From Giardia intestinalis (taxonomy: Eukaryota): a stretch of 64,000 nt of DNA. The position numbers and the translations under genes are program-made. The notes beneath the pieces are model-generated. The model was not told where the DNA came from. It was given only the letters and a program-made list of their open reading frames with translations, and did not search any database. The stretch lies in NCBI GenBank assembly GCA_000002435.2, contig CM018793.1. One strand, written 5' to 3'. Below, piece by piece: positions 51,445 to 62,249 of the stretch (the stretch's first letter is position 1; each line of letters opens with the position of its first letter).

Positions 51445-54042
51445 CTACTTTGTAAGGATGGCCACTATCTCCTCATAGCCTTTCTTCCTGGCCATGTCGA
51501 GGGGTGTCTCTGTACATGCACAAGTTAAATGGGGTTCTGTATTGTACTGGGTTCTTCTAACATCTCCTTCCTTCTCTGCAAGAAGTCTTACACACTCTAT
51601 GTTGTTATTATCTATTGCCCATATAAGAGCAGTCCAGCCGTACTTATCATGCATCCCCGCCTCCCTGCCCAGAAGTAGCTTGACACATTCTGGATGATTA
51701 TTACGTACTGCACCCATGAGAGCAGTTCTACCCTTATTGTCCTGCATGCCCCCCTCCTCACTCAAGAGTAATCTAATACATTCTAGATGACCGTTATATG
51801 CAGCAAGGATGAGAGCAGTCTGACCGTCACTGTCTTTCATTCCACTTTCGTGAGCTACTAGCTGTCTCACCGCTTCTGTGTATCCATATATTGCCGCTCT
51901 CATAAGTGCTGTTCCTTCGTATATTTCCCATTTATCTATTTTGACATATTCTGCTTTTCGTCCTTTTTGAAGAGATATAAGTGTTTTCAGCACCTCTACA
52001 TCGTTTGTATCTGCCGCCCGCATAAGAGCCGTAGTACCTCTGCCATCTGTTGGGCTGAGAATCTCTACGACGTCCTCGTAGCCCGCTTGTGCAGCAAGCG
52101 TCAGAGCTGTATCGCCATCATCATTCTTCTTTTCCTTGTCAGAGAGCTGATTCCTGACTGTTTCAATGTCTCCAATGAAGGAAGCACACATGAGTTGGGT
52201 CCAGGATGAAGCCTCGTATTCACGAAGAATCATAGCAGTGTCTGTACGGTCATTATTGAGAGCATGCACGAACGCTGTGTTCCCACTGCTATCCTTTATT
52301 CCTTTCTGGATTGGTATAAGCAGTTTTACCATCTCAGTATCTCCTCTGGCTGCTGCCCTCATGAGTGCCGTGATATCATCTTTATCTGTAGGATCGTCGT
52401 GCTCTACGAGGATCTCAACGAGTTCTGGATGTCCATTCTTAAGAGCGTAGTATAAGGCGTTGTGATTCTGCTTATCCTTTATTCCCTTTTCGTGACCAAG
52501 AAGGATTTTTACCATTTCAAGATTCCCCTTTTGTGCGGCAACCATTAAGGCAGTTTTGCCTTCATTGTCAGCCAGACCCTTTTCATGTGAGGCCAGAAGG
52601 GATGCAACTTCTGCATGGCCTTTCTCTGCGGCGATCATCAAAGCAGTTTGATTATTCTTGTTTGTCTCTCTACACTCGTGAAGAATGAGAATCCTGGTTA
52701 CCTCAGGATGGTTGTTGTATGAGGCGTGCATGAGCGCAGTCCAGCCGTTCTTGTCCTGGAGGCCGTTTTCCTCCCCAACAAGCAACTCGACGGGATCAAC
52801 GTGCCCCTGCTGGGCCGCGTGCATGAGGGCCGTCATCCCCTGTGCGTCACGCTGACCAACGCCGAGTCTTTCTTCAAGCAGCATCCAGACGGTCTCCGTG
52901 CTATTCGTATGCGCGGCACGCATCAGCCTTGGCAGCAAAAAGAGGCTGGACTGAGGGTCAGTCGTGTTCATCCTGTCACTGAACTGTGCAAGCCTATTCT
53001 CCAGTGCCTTAATCATAGCTAGATGTTCCTTACTTTGGTCTTCAAGTGCGTCGATCTTAGTAGATTTAATCTTAACATCCTCTTCCAGCAGCGCGATCCT
53101 GGCGTTAGCGCCATTCAGCGCAGCCTCCAAGGATCCGCACTTATACTTCAGCATCACGCACTGACCTCCCAACTCACCAACTGGGATGTCGAATGTAGCG
53201 AGCGTCTCGTGCAGCTCCCTGGCCGTCGGCCTCCTCTCTGGCTCCAATACGAATATCCGCTCCAGAACACTCTTTATGAAGCCATCAGTGACACCGCTCA
53301 GGTCCGGCCTCCACCCATCGATGAAGACCTCTGCCGGCTCCTTGCCCCCCAAGAAGTCCGGTCTCCTCAGAGTTACTAATTCATAAATGATGACCCCGAG
53401 GCTCCATACGTCGGAGGCAGGGCTGGCCTCGTTGTGGAGGAGCACCTCGGGGGCAACGTATGCCATTATTCCTATGAGAGTGCTCCCACTCCACAGGGCG
53501 TCCCTGCAGAGGCCGAAGTCGGCGATGACGAAGCGCTCTCCGTCTGCGTTGATAAATATATTGGCAGGCCTGAGGTCGCGGTGGACGAGGCCTCTAGTGT
53601 TTGCTCCATTGACGCTGTGGAGGTAGGCGAGGGCGGCGGTGAGCTGTTTCATGACAGAGAGAATCACGCCGGCAGACACGGGGATCTTCCTTCGCTTGTG
53701 CTCAGTGAGGAGGCGCTCAAGGGTCTTGTCGTGCCGGTCCGTGACGACGTAGAAGAAGCTTTCGTCTTCGACAACTTGATGGTACTTGATGACTCCCGGG
53801 TGAAAGAGGGTAAAAAGAGCGGCCAGCTCAAGCTTGATAGTATCCACGCTGCTCCTATCCAAGCCTTCAAGCAAGATCTCCTTCACGGCGAGACTCGGAT
53901 AACCTTCGAGGGAGTAGACTACACCTGTGGCATCTCTTCCTAGCACGCCATTCAGCCGCTCGTGGAGCTCCTTAAAGGTGAACGGTGGGATGGTGGGAGT
54001 CACTGCAGAAAGACTGAATGCGTTATTGCCATTGTCGGCCAT
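51445..54042 (-). CDS. NEK-type protein kinase with a coiled-coil linker and a long C-terminal ankyrin-repeat array
   Basis: Kinase catalytic loop 'LVHRDLRPANIF', 'IADFGL', 'YVAPEVL'; degenerate Gly-loop 'LGRDATGVVY'; about 14 ankyrin repeats ('TALMHAAQQGHVDPVELLV', 'TALMIAAEKGHAEVASLL', 'TALMRAAARGDTEMVKLL' ...). Confidence 0.75.
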   Translation of the reverse strand: MADNGNNAFSLSAVTPTIPPFTFKELHERLNGVLGRDATGVVYSLEGYPSLAVKEILLEGLDRSSVDTIKLELAALFTLFHPGVIKYHQVVEDESFFYVVTDRHDKTLERLLTEHKRRKIPVSAGVILSVMKQLTAALAYLHSVNGANTRGLVHRDLRPANIFINADGERFVIADFGLCRDALWSGSTLIGIMAYVAPEVLLHNEASPASDVWSLGVIIYELVTLRRPDFLGGKEPAEVFIDGWRPDLSGVTDGFIKSVLERIFVLEPERRPTARELHETLATFDIPVGELGGQCVMLKYKCGSLEAALNGANARIALLEEDVKIKSTKIDALEDQSKEHLAMIKALENRLAQFSDRMNTTDPQSSLFLLPRLMRAAHTNSTETVWMLLEERLGVGQRDAQGMTALMHAAQQGHVDPVELLVGEENGLQDKNGWTALMHASYNNHPEVTRILILHECRETNKNNQTALMIAAEKGHAEVASLLASHEKGLADNEGKTALMVAAQKGNLEMVKILLGHEKGIKDKQNHNALYYALKNGHPELVEILVEHDDPTDKDDITALMRAAARGDTEMVKLLIPIQKGIKDSSGNTAFVHALNNDRTDTAMILREYEASSWTQLMCASFIGDIETVRNQLSDKEKKNDDGDTALTLAAQAGYEDVVEILSPTDGRGTTALMRAADTNDVEVLKTLISLQKGRKAEYVKIDKWEIYEGTALMRAAIYGYTEAVRQLVAHESGMKDSDGQTALILAAYNGHLECIRLLLSEEGGMQDNKGRTALMGAVRNNHPECVKLLLGREAGMHDKYGWTALIWAIDNNNIECVRLLAEKEGDVRRTQYNTEPHLTCACTETPLDMARKKGYEEIVAILTK

Positions 54043-54545
54043 GACAGTTTATTTTCAAAAATAAGACCAAGCGATTGGATTGAACGAGTGATTGGGCCGC
54101 ACCCTCAGAGGCTACAAGAGAGCACAGGCATCTGCCAGCCTCACTTCTCGAATCTGTGTTCACGACAGCAGACACGTCGTCCCATACACTGTGGAGCGCC
54201 CTTGCATGCGCTGGCATGGCGTCCCTGTCTGTCCTGGCCCGTTCGCGACTATCACGCATTACTAGTACTCTGCGCCAGCTCTCTCGACTGTGTAGTCATG
54301 GCAATTCCACGTGTGCACAGGCCATCTAGCAGCACTCGCCCGCGTCCTCTGCTCCTCCGCCACTCATCCACGCGGGCCATGCAGGGTCTAGTGGCCCTTC
54401 CAGCGCTGGCCACGTTGGTGCTCTCTTCTGATGCTGCATGCCCTACAGGATCACCCGTGCTCACCATATTCCTAGAACCCATCACGCACCAGGGGGCTCC
54501 CTCGCAATTGGTGCCCAGAAAGTCGCGAGCAGGATTCATCGGCGC

Positions 54546-54562
54546 GTTTACTACCTAAGTCA
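54546..54562 (-). promoter_or_regulatory. Conserved VSP extended polyadenylation signal (ACTTAGGTAGTAAAC, matching the ACTYAGRTAGTRAAY consensus) overlapping the TGA stop
   Basis: Minus-strand sequence '...GGG AAG GCA TGA CTTAGGTAGTAAAC' read directly from the window. Confidence 0.7.
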
Positions 54563-56836
54563 TGCCTTCCCTCTGCATATGAACCACCAGCAGAGGAAGC
54601 CCACAAGGCCAGCCACGACGACCACCACGGCGACGGAGATACCTGCTATGGCCCCCGTGGAGAGCCCGCTACTCTTGTTGGCGCCAGAGGACACACACTT
54701 GTCACCCTCCAGACTGTAGTCGTCCCCGCACTGACCGCACTTGTTCTCCTCGCTGCACCTGACGCACCCGTCGATACTGCAGGGGATGCACTTCGTTCCG
54801 TCTGTGTTCGGTCTCTGGTCTTTACTGGTACAGGCCTCGCACTTGCCGCCTGCTCCACAGTGCGAGCATCCGTCAATGGTACATGTGAAGCACCCGCTCC
54901 CAGCCAGGTTGGGTTTATTATTGCCGCTACACGCTGTGCACGTGGCAGGGGCCATGCCAGGAGCCTCTAGCGCTGCTGGGGCCGTGCATGCTGTGCAGCC
55001 ATATACCCCCACATATGCCTTAGCGGTGCTGCCAGCCCCTATCACTGTGCCAAGGGGGTTCTCGCAGGCCAGGACAGACTGATCAGTATTGGATGCCCCC
55101 GGGACCAGGAAGTACCGGCTGTTCTCGCTGGGGGCGGTGCACCTCCCTCCCTCGGCAGTCTTGCACATGTGGCTGCCAGGAGCCTTCTGAGTACTGTAGC
55201 AGCCGCCCATGTACAGGAAGTACCCGGCAGCACACTGGGTGCAGACGCCATTGGCACAGGTGTTGTCACCCTTAGTTCCTGTGCAGACGCCATCGATGGG
55301 GAACGTGGCGGGGTCTCCGCACAGCGAGCAGTACTGGGAGAACGCCCCGGCGCTGTCAACGACGACCGCCCCGCAGGCCCCAGACGTCCCCCCGCAGGCC
55401 GTGGGGTCCTCGCAGGCCTTTGTGCACTTCACCGGATTGGTTCCCTCCTTGCGATAGTTGGGCTTACAGGAGTTGCAGGTCAACGAGCCAGCGAAGGTGC
55501 ACGTTGCACACCCATCGACTCCATCTGTCGGGTTATCACAGGGGACGCATGTGCCGGGGGAAGTGCCCCCTCTCAAGAAGAACCCGGTCTTGCAGGTTTG
55601 GCATTTGGTCTTGTCAGCTTTCTCAGAGCAGGTTGCGCAGTTCTCGCCACAGGCGTCACATGTGAAGCCGCTGTTGGTGTTCTTGATGTACCCCTCCAGG
55701 CACTCTGTGCAGGTCGGCGGTGTGGCGCCAGTCCTCGAGCACTTCTTACAGCCGACGATGCCCTGGTTCTTCTTCTCTTGCTCTGTCACTGTGTCGCTGC
55801 ATAGAATACACGCTGTTGCGTCGTCTTTCATGAATAGCCCACTATCGGTGGCTTTGCAGCCGTCGTCTGTCTTTTCCACGCACGTCGTCGTCCCGTCGGC
55901 AGCAGTTCTTACCAGCTTCCCGTTACAATCGGTGCACCTCGGCTTTCCCGTGGCGTCACTATATTCGCATGCCGCGCACCCAGCTATGTCAGTAGCGCAG
56001 GCCTTGCACTCGTCTGCTTTTGGGTCTGCATAGCTATCACTACCACATCCACCAGCCTCTACACACTCAGTGCCCTTCAGGAACTTCCCCCCAAGGCAGG
56101 CGGTGCACTGGGTCGGCGTAGCAGACTCACACGTCAAACAGCCGGGTCCGCATTGCACACATGCACCATCCTTCGTAGCGTACCCTCCTTGGCATGCAGT
56201 GCACGTGGCAGCCCCTGTACCGCCACCTGGCGCCGTGCATGTGTAGCAGCCCGCCACCCCCGTGACTCCGTCTCGCGGAGTGACGTCTGAGCAAAGCACG
56301 CACTCGTTGCCAGGGGCTACTGGGCTGGCCGGGTTCTGGAATAGATACACAGCGTCTGCCTTGCAGGTGGTGCACACCCCCTTGTCGGCCGCCGTGCAGA
56401 TCTCAGACCACTGGCTCGTCTTGTAGCACCCGCCCATGAAGAGGAAGTACCCGTCCCCGCACTTTCCGCAGGCAGTATCCGAGCCCGCCAACGCGGTCCC
56501 GTCTGCCCTGGTGCACCCGGCCGCCGCGGCCTGGGGGGAGCCGGGGGGCCAGCAGAAGCCGCCGACCGGGACGCCCCCGGCCCTGCACTCGGTGCAGATC
56601 TCGGAGTACCCGACCGTCTCGCACTTGTCGGTCTGGCAGCTCGCGGCATGGTCTCCGTCTGGCTGATAGGCCGCCGCGAGTGTGACTGCAAGCGTGGTTC
56701 CTACACACAGCAGTGGGTATCGCCTCAGAGGGCCCGCCTCCGCCACCTGCTGTGTACCGAATGTTGTGCTTGCAATGGGGAGTGCATGTTGAGATGTGGT
56801 CGATAGGCGCCCTGCAGACCCTGTGGTGGGCGGCAC
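54560..56836 (-). CDS. Variant-specific surface protein (VSP) with canonical TM-CRGKA C-terminus; atypical 5' end (no ATG adjacent to the signal peptide)
   Basis: C-terminus 'ISVAVVVVVAGLVGFLCWWFICRGKA*'; many CXXC and 'GGCY' motifs; stop codon embedded in the VSP extended poly(A) signal. Confidence 0.85.
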   Translation of the reverse strand: MPPTTGSAGRLSTTSQHALPIASTTFGTQQVAEAGPLRRYPLLCVGTTLAVTLAAAYQPDGDHAASCQTDKCETVGYSEICTECRAGGVPVGGFCWPPGSPQAAAAGCTRADGTALAGSDTACGKCGDGYFLFMGGCYKTSQWSEICTAADKGVCTTCKADAVYLFQNPASPVAPGNECVLCSDVTPRDGVTGVAGCYTCTAPGGGTGAATCTACQGGYATKDGACVQCGPGCLTCESATPTQCTACLGGKFLKGTECVEAGGCGSDSYADPKADECKACATDIAGCAACEYSDATGKPRCTDCNGKLVRTAADGTTTCVEKTDDGCKATDSGLFMKDDATACILCSDTVTEQEKKNQGIVGCKKCSRTGATPPTCTECLEGYIKNTNSGFTCDACGENCATCSEKADKTKCQTCKTGFFLRGGTSPGTCVPCDNPTDGVDGCATCTFAGSLTCNSCKPNYRKEGTNPVKCTKACEDPTACGGTSGACGAVVVDSAGAFSQYCSLCGDPATFPIDGVCTGTKGDNTCANGVCTQCAAGYFLYMGGCYSTQKAPGSHMCKTAEGGRCTAPSENSRYFLVPGASNTDQSVLACENPLGTVIGAGSTAKAYVGVYGCTACTAPAALEAPGMAPATCTACSGNNKPNLAGSGCFTCTIDGCSHCGAGGKCEACTSKDQRPNTDGTKCIPCSIDGCVRCSEENKCGQCGDDYSLEGDKCVSSGANKSSGLSTGAIAGISVAVVVVVAGLVGFLCWWFICRGKA
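56241..56654 (-). repeat. Inverted repeat copy A (VSP 5' coding region), identical to 63587-64000
   Basis: Reverse complement of 63601-63750 matches 56501-56650 base-for-base; the two ends also match; identity breaks exactly at 56654/63587. Confidence 0.85.
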
Positions 56837-57192
56837 TCGGCCTTCCTAGAAGCTATGCTCCCAGTAGATGGCTACAGTGAGCAAGCCCTGACTCGTCTGG
56901 CTTCAGTTCCGTACGTAGTTTATTGCTCAGTCGATTGTGAACAGCCCTTGAGGCCCGGTGCCCTAATCCGGTATTGGGGATCTGACTATGTAACACGCCA
57001 CTGAAGTAGAGTGGGTGTTTCCAAAAGCGCGTGACTTGATGCAACTCTCCAGTGCATCGGTTCGCCCTACCACGGGGGATAGCCGGGGCTGGCCTGGACA
57101 GGGCTTTTCTCTCGTACCGATCAGTTCACAGGTTTCCTTCTTATGTTTACAACATACTAATAAATAAGCCAAGCCAGTCCTAGGCACACCGC

Positions 57193-60100
57193 ATGCTGAT
57201 TCTCCTGTGTGCTGCTGCATGTCTCGCCGAGGCGTGCGGGACAGGACCTGCATGTGTTAACGGAGACTGCGCCTACGGGGACGGAGCACACTTCTGCCAG
57301 TGCAGGCGGGGCTGGGCGGGGGCTGCGTGCGATGCTCCCCGTGCAGGGTTCTGCAGGGTAACTACTAATACTGGCAAGGCGTCTACAGACAGGGCCGTCA
57401 ACTACGCCTGCCTCGTGAACGGGACGGAGTGCACAGGGTCGAGCAAGTGCACCTACTACGCGGGGGCGTACTCGTGCGACCCCTGTCCCGATGGCTTCGT
57501 GTCCTACGAGGGCGAGTGCCTGCCGAGGGGCTGCTTCAACACCGACGACTTCTCAAACCAGGAGGCAACGAAGGCCCCCTGCAACGGCCGCGGCCGCTGC
57601 CTCCTGAAGGACCCCGGGCTGGCCGGGCTGAGTGCTGACGACTACGCGTGCGACTGCTACCCGATCTACCGCGGGGGCCTCTGCCAGTCGTGCGACGACG
57701 CCAACGCGATCGCTACAGAAAGCTCTTCGTCTGACGCCCTCCCTACGTGCAATGCGCGGGCCTGCCAGGACTCGGATGGCATCGTGTGCTCAGGCCAGGG
57801 AACGTGCACCCTCGACGTGGGCCTCGATCGCGAATCGTACCGCTACCGCTGCAAGTGCAATGATGGCTACACACGCGTTGGGCACAGGTGCGTCAGGACG
57901 GAGTGCGTGGCCACGATTGACGGGTCCCCGGTCGTCTGCGGGGGCTTCGGGAAGTGCACAGATGAAGGAAACAACGGGGTGTTCAGATGTGTTTGCGATT
58001 CGGATGCAGTCCAGGTCGATAAGTTTTGCACATATTCCGCGTGCACAGACGAGTCCCGCTCAAAGATCTGTGGCGGAGTGGGCGCGTGTGTGCGCAATGG
58101 CGCTGGCTATAGTTGCGATTGCCGAGGGCTTGCCACGGGCGACCTCTGCGATACTTGCACTGACAAGTCTGCTAAGATAAATGGCACCTGTGTTCCAGTG
58201 GGGTGCCTCACTTCAAACAACCAGGAATCATGCAAGAACGGAGGAACATGTGTCAAGTCCAACGGCGAGTACCACTGCCGCTGCCCGGACATGCTCTTGC
58301 CGTCGACGGAGAGTGCACGTCCCCCGCGTGCATGGACGAGGAACTGGGGAAGGTCTGCTCGGGGCACGGCACGTGCAAGACGGACGATCTACGAAATATA
58401 CAATGCACTTGTGATCAGGACTATACCTACATCGCTCCGGGGCGTTGCATCTTGAGCACTTTGGTAGATAGCCCTGCCACGGTTTGCAGTGACCATGGAC
58501 GCATTGTCGTTAGTGCTGAGGCTCCTGATACGATGACGTGCCAGTGTTCGCCTATCCACACAGGAGCTAAGTGCGCAGAATGTGATCAACAGAACGCGCA
58601 AATGATTGGCGAGAAATGTATTGCAAAGAAGTGCATTGTGCAGCAACAGCCACCGGATCCACAGCCCAGTCTGCGCACGGCTACTGCTCAGGATATCTGC
58701 GGGAACACAGGCACGTACACCACTTATGGTGATCCGAGCAATCCGTTCATCACATGCGTCCCTAAAGATGCTGATAGTGGAAATGTCTCCGCCTACAACG
58801 GCACCTTCTCTGCTAAACCTGGATGTGTATTTATCAGTAAGATAGACAAGACAAGAAGATTCTTTTGTGGATTCCTTGAGAATATAACAGAAAACCTGTC
58901 AACTGGTAACTTGCCTACGTGCGCTAAACCTTCCGAAAAACCCGATCTGCCTGAAACATGTACTCACTGTCCAACTGACTTTCACCTTGTACACTTTGGG
59001 GAAAACAATAGCACATGTATGCACAAGAGTTGTCACGATGGCAAATCCAGTCATATGTGGTACAATTACTGCGGCGGCGTGGGAGACTGTATTCAGAAGA
59101 AGGATAAAAGCGGATACGAGTGTGATTGTGGGACTGCTGCTAAATGGGATCCAAATTTGAAGGCGTGTGTTACTGATGCATGCAAGCTCAACAAGAGTCT
59201 TGCTGGCCCCTATGCACCAGACTACTGTATTCCTCAGTCTACCTTTACACTCGAATGCACTGTCGGACGGGACGCAACGTGGCAGTGTAATTGCACTGGG
59301 GACTATGTTACGTACAACAAGACGTGCATTTCAAAGAGTAAGAACGCTGATCCAAAGACTCAGCGAGCAAGGGGACTCTGTGGCGGCCCCGGGGCGGGAT
59401 ATATAGACAGTACTGGAACCTGCGTCTGCAGCAATGGCTTCCTCAAGATCGGTGACATGTGCTACAGCTACGACTGCCTGCCAGTTGGCATATCAGATAA
59501 CATAAGGAATCCGGATATCAACGTGCTTGTCTGCTCCGGAAAGGGGGTCTGCGCATACAACCAGCTGACTGGCCGGTACGGCTGCGAGTGCAGCGACGGA
59601 CTGGAGGCCTTCGGGGGCTACTGCACTCATCCAGGATGCGCCGGAAAGGTAATGCATAACGGAGAAATTAAGTATGTTGAGTGCAAAATCTACGATGGAA
59701 CAACTGGAGATTGTACAAACGATAAGGGCACATATTCCTGCAAGTGTACTACTCCGTATAGATCTGTCAATGGGATCTGTGTTCATCAGCGTTGCGTATC
59801 GTATGATAACGTCTATTGCGGAGGAGATGTCCTGGCTGCATGCGTGCAGGGGAGTAATTACTATTACGGGTGTGTCTGCTCCGAAGGCTATGAGAGGGGC
59901 CAGCTCAATTCGGAATGCATTCCAAGTAAGTGTGTTTACAGAAGGCTGCTGAGTGATCCCACTATTGCATGCAATGGGTTAGGAACATGTGGCGGAGAAG
60001 GATCTTTGTTGAAGAATAGGCGGTGTGAGTGCAAGTCTGGTGCTAAGCTAGTCACACTTAGAGATGTGAATGGGGAGTTGAGAGAAACATGTATATTAAG

Positions 60101-62249
60101 TGAGTGCATTTCTAGTGAGGACGGAGTGGAACCGCCGATTATCTGTGGAGGACTAGGCAGTTGTGGGTCCACAGGATGCGTATGCGATCTGGGGACAAAG
60201 TTATTTAAAAAGGCTTGCTTTGGCATCAACTGCTTTATTAACACCGTAGATGATAGCGGACAACTTGTTGAGTCTGTGTGCGGTGGCGAGACCGTTGGGG
60301 TGTGCACAAAGATAGCGTCGCACGGCGATCGTCGAGACTACGCTTGTAAGTGCAAGGACCCGAAGCCTGACGAGTATGAAGAACTTGATGGGTTCTGTCT
60401 ACCAAAAGCTTGCATATTTGAAATCACAACCTTGACTAATCAGCAGGTGAGGACGATGTGCGGTGGAAAGCAGTTTGGAACATGCGTTCTTAATGCTACT
60501 CAATCATCCAAGTCATACTGTAAGTGCATAAATCGATATGACATTATTCAAATAACAAATGGAAAGTGTATGAAGAAAACCTGTCTTAGCGACTCTCTTT
60601 CTGGAGGTCCGGAGGGATACGTTGAATGTTCTGGACATGGGAAGTGTATAGGGGATCATATTGTGGGGTACTCGTGCAATTGTGACGAAAATTATCAAAC
60701 GGTTGCAGACGATCGCCGTTATTTGTGCGTACCAGCTGTCTGTGTTGTATCAGAGACAAATTCCAGTACTATATGCAACGGAAGAGGGACCTGTCAGTTC
60801 AAGACAGACCCAGGAAAGTGCGAGTGTAGGCCTGGGTATGATGGTACCAAATGTGAGACGTGTGCAAATGGCTACAAGGAACACACAGATGCACAGTGCT
60901 ACCTCAATGGCTGTCCGGCAGACAATTGTGGCACGGAGGAAAATACTAGCGTAGGGGCTTGCCAATTTAGCGGAAACAGTTTTGCTTGCGTCTGCGTCAA
61001 CTCGAGCTTCGTCGTTGACAGTGCTAGCAAGAAGTGCCGAAAATCCAGATGCGTTTGGTCGGATCCATACGATCAGACAGAAAAAACGTGCTATGGCATG
61101 GGTACGTGCAATGATAACGGCGAGGACACTGGGGCGTGTGTTTGCAACCCCGGGACAACCCTAGTCGGGACAAACATCTGTGTTTATAGCCAGTGCATCT
61201 CGGATGGAAGCGACCCCAAAGCAATATGCAAGGGGCGCGGGACATGCGTAGAGGGCCCTGTCGCCGGGACAGGACTGTGCAGATGCGACAGCAGCAGATA
61301 CCGCACAGACAAGAAGACCGGCCAGTGCTTTGTCAAGGAGTGCTTCGGGGCACACGAGAGCATCCTGGCCGAGGTCTGCGATGGCGGTGGAACATGCAGT
61401 GAAGACACTAAAAAGTGCAACTGTAGCGTAGACGGCTTCCAGAGCCTCGACGGCCAGAACGGCTGCGTGCACAGCAGCTGCGTCTCGTCGAACAACAAGC
61501 TTTGTAGCGGCTTTGGGGCCTGCGAGAAGACCGGTGACACCTACGGCTGCCTGTGCGCAAGTTACTATACTCTGGTCGACAAAGACTGCATCCCCACAAG
61601 GTGTCTCAAGGACGGGAAAGTCTGCAACGGCGGCGGCACGTGCTCCGGCGAGGGATCCTCTGCGACCTGTAGCTGCAACCAGGGCTGGGCTTCGCTGAAT
61701 AACCTCTGCTACCCGGCAGCCTGCGTTTCCAGTGGGACGCTCTGCGGGGGGAATGGCAACTGTCCACTTTCCACAGATAGTACATGCGAGTGCAAGTATG
61801 GGTATGAAAGTGTTCTTGACCAGCTCTGTATCAGCAGCCAGTGCGTCCAGCGCGGCACCGACGGCACCGTGACGATCTGCGGGGGCAACGGCAGGTGCGT
61901 GTCTGAGAACGGCGTGACTCCCAGCTGCGTGTGCAACGAGGGCTTCTCTCTCACAAGCGACTTCGTCTGCGGAGTCCCTGCTCCATCCAACAAGTCATCA
62001 AGTACCATAACGATTGCAGTCGTGGTCGTCGTCCTCCTCGTCCTCGTTGCAGTGGCCGGCTTCCTCGTCTGGTGGTTCGTGATACGGCCCAGGAAGAGCG
62101 GTGAGTTGAGGGAGCGCGCCCCGCGGAAAGGCCCTAGCTTTAGTGGCTCGCAAAAGCTCAAGAAGCAAGCAAGCTCCAAGGCGTCGCTCCACGCCACTGC
62201 GCCCCTACTGAGCCGGTCATCTCATGCCGGTTCTAGTGTCCAGCTCTAG
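57193..62249 (+). CDS. Large EGF-like high-cysteine membrane protein (HCMP), interrupted by a single frameshift near 58291-58305 (ORFs 57193-58455 and 58203-62249)
   Basis: Signal peptide 'MLILLCAAACLAEACG'; EGF-like Cys spacing continues seamlessly across frames ('YHCRCPDML|AVDGECTSPACMDEE'); C-terminal TM 'ITIAVVVVVLLVLVAVAGFLVWWFVI' with basic cytoplasmic tail. Confidence 0.65.
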
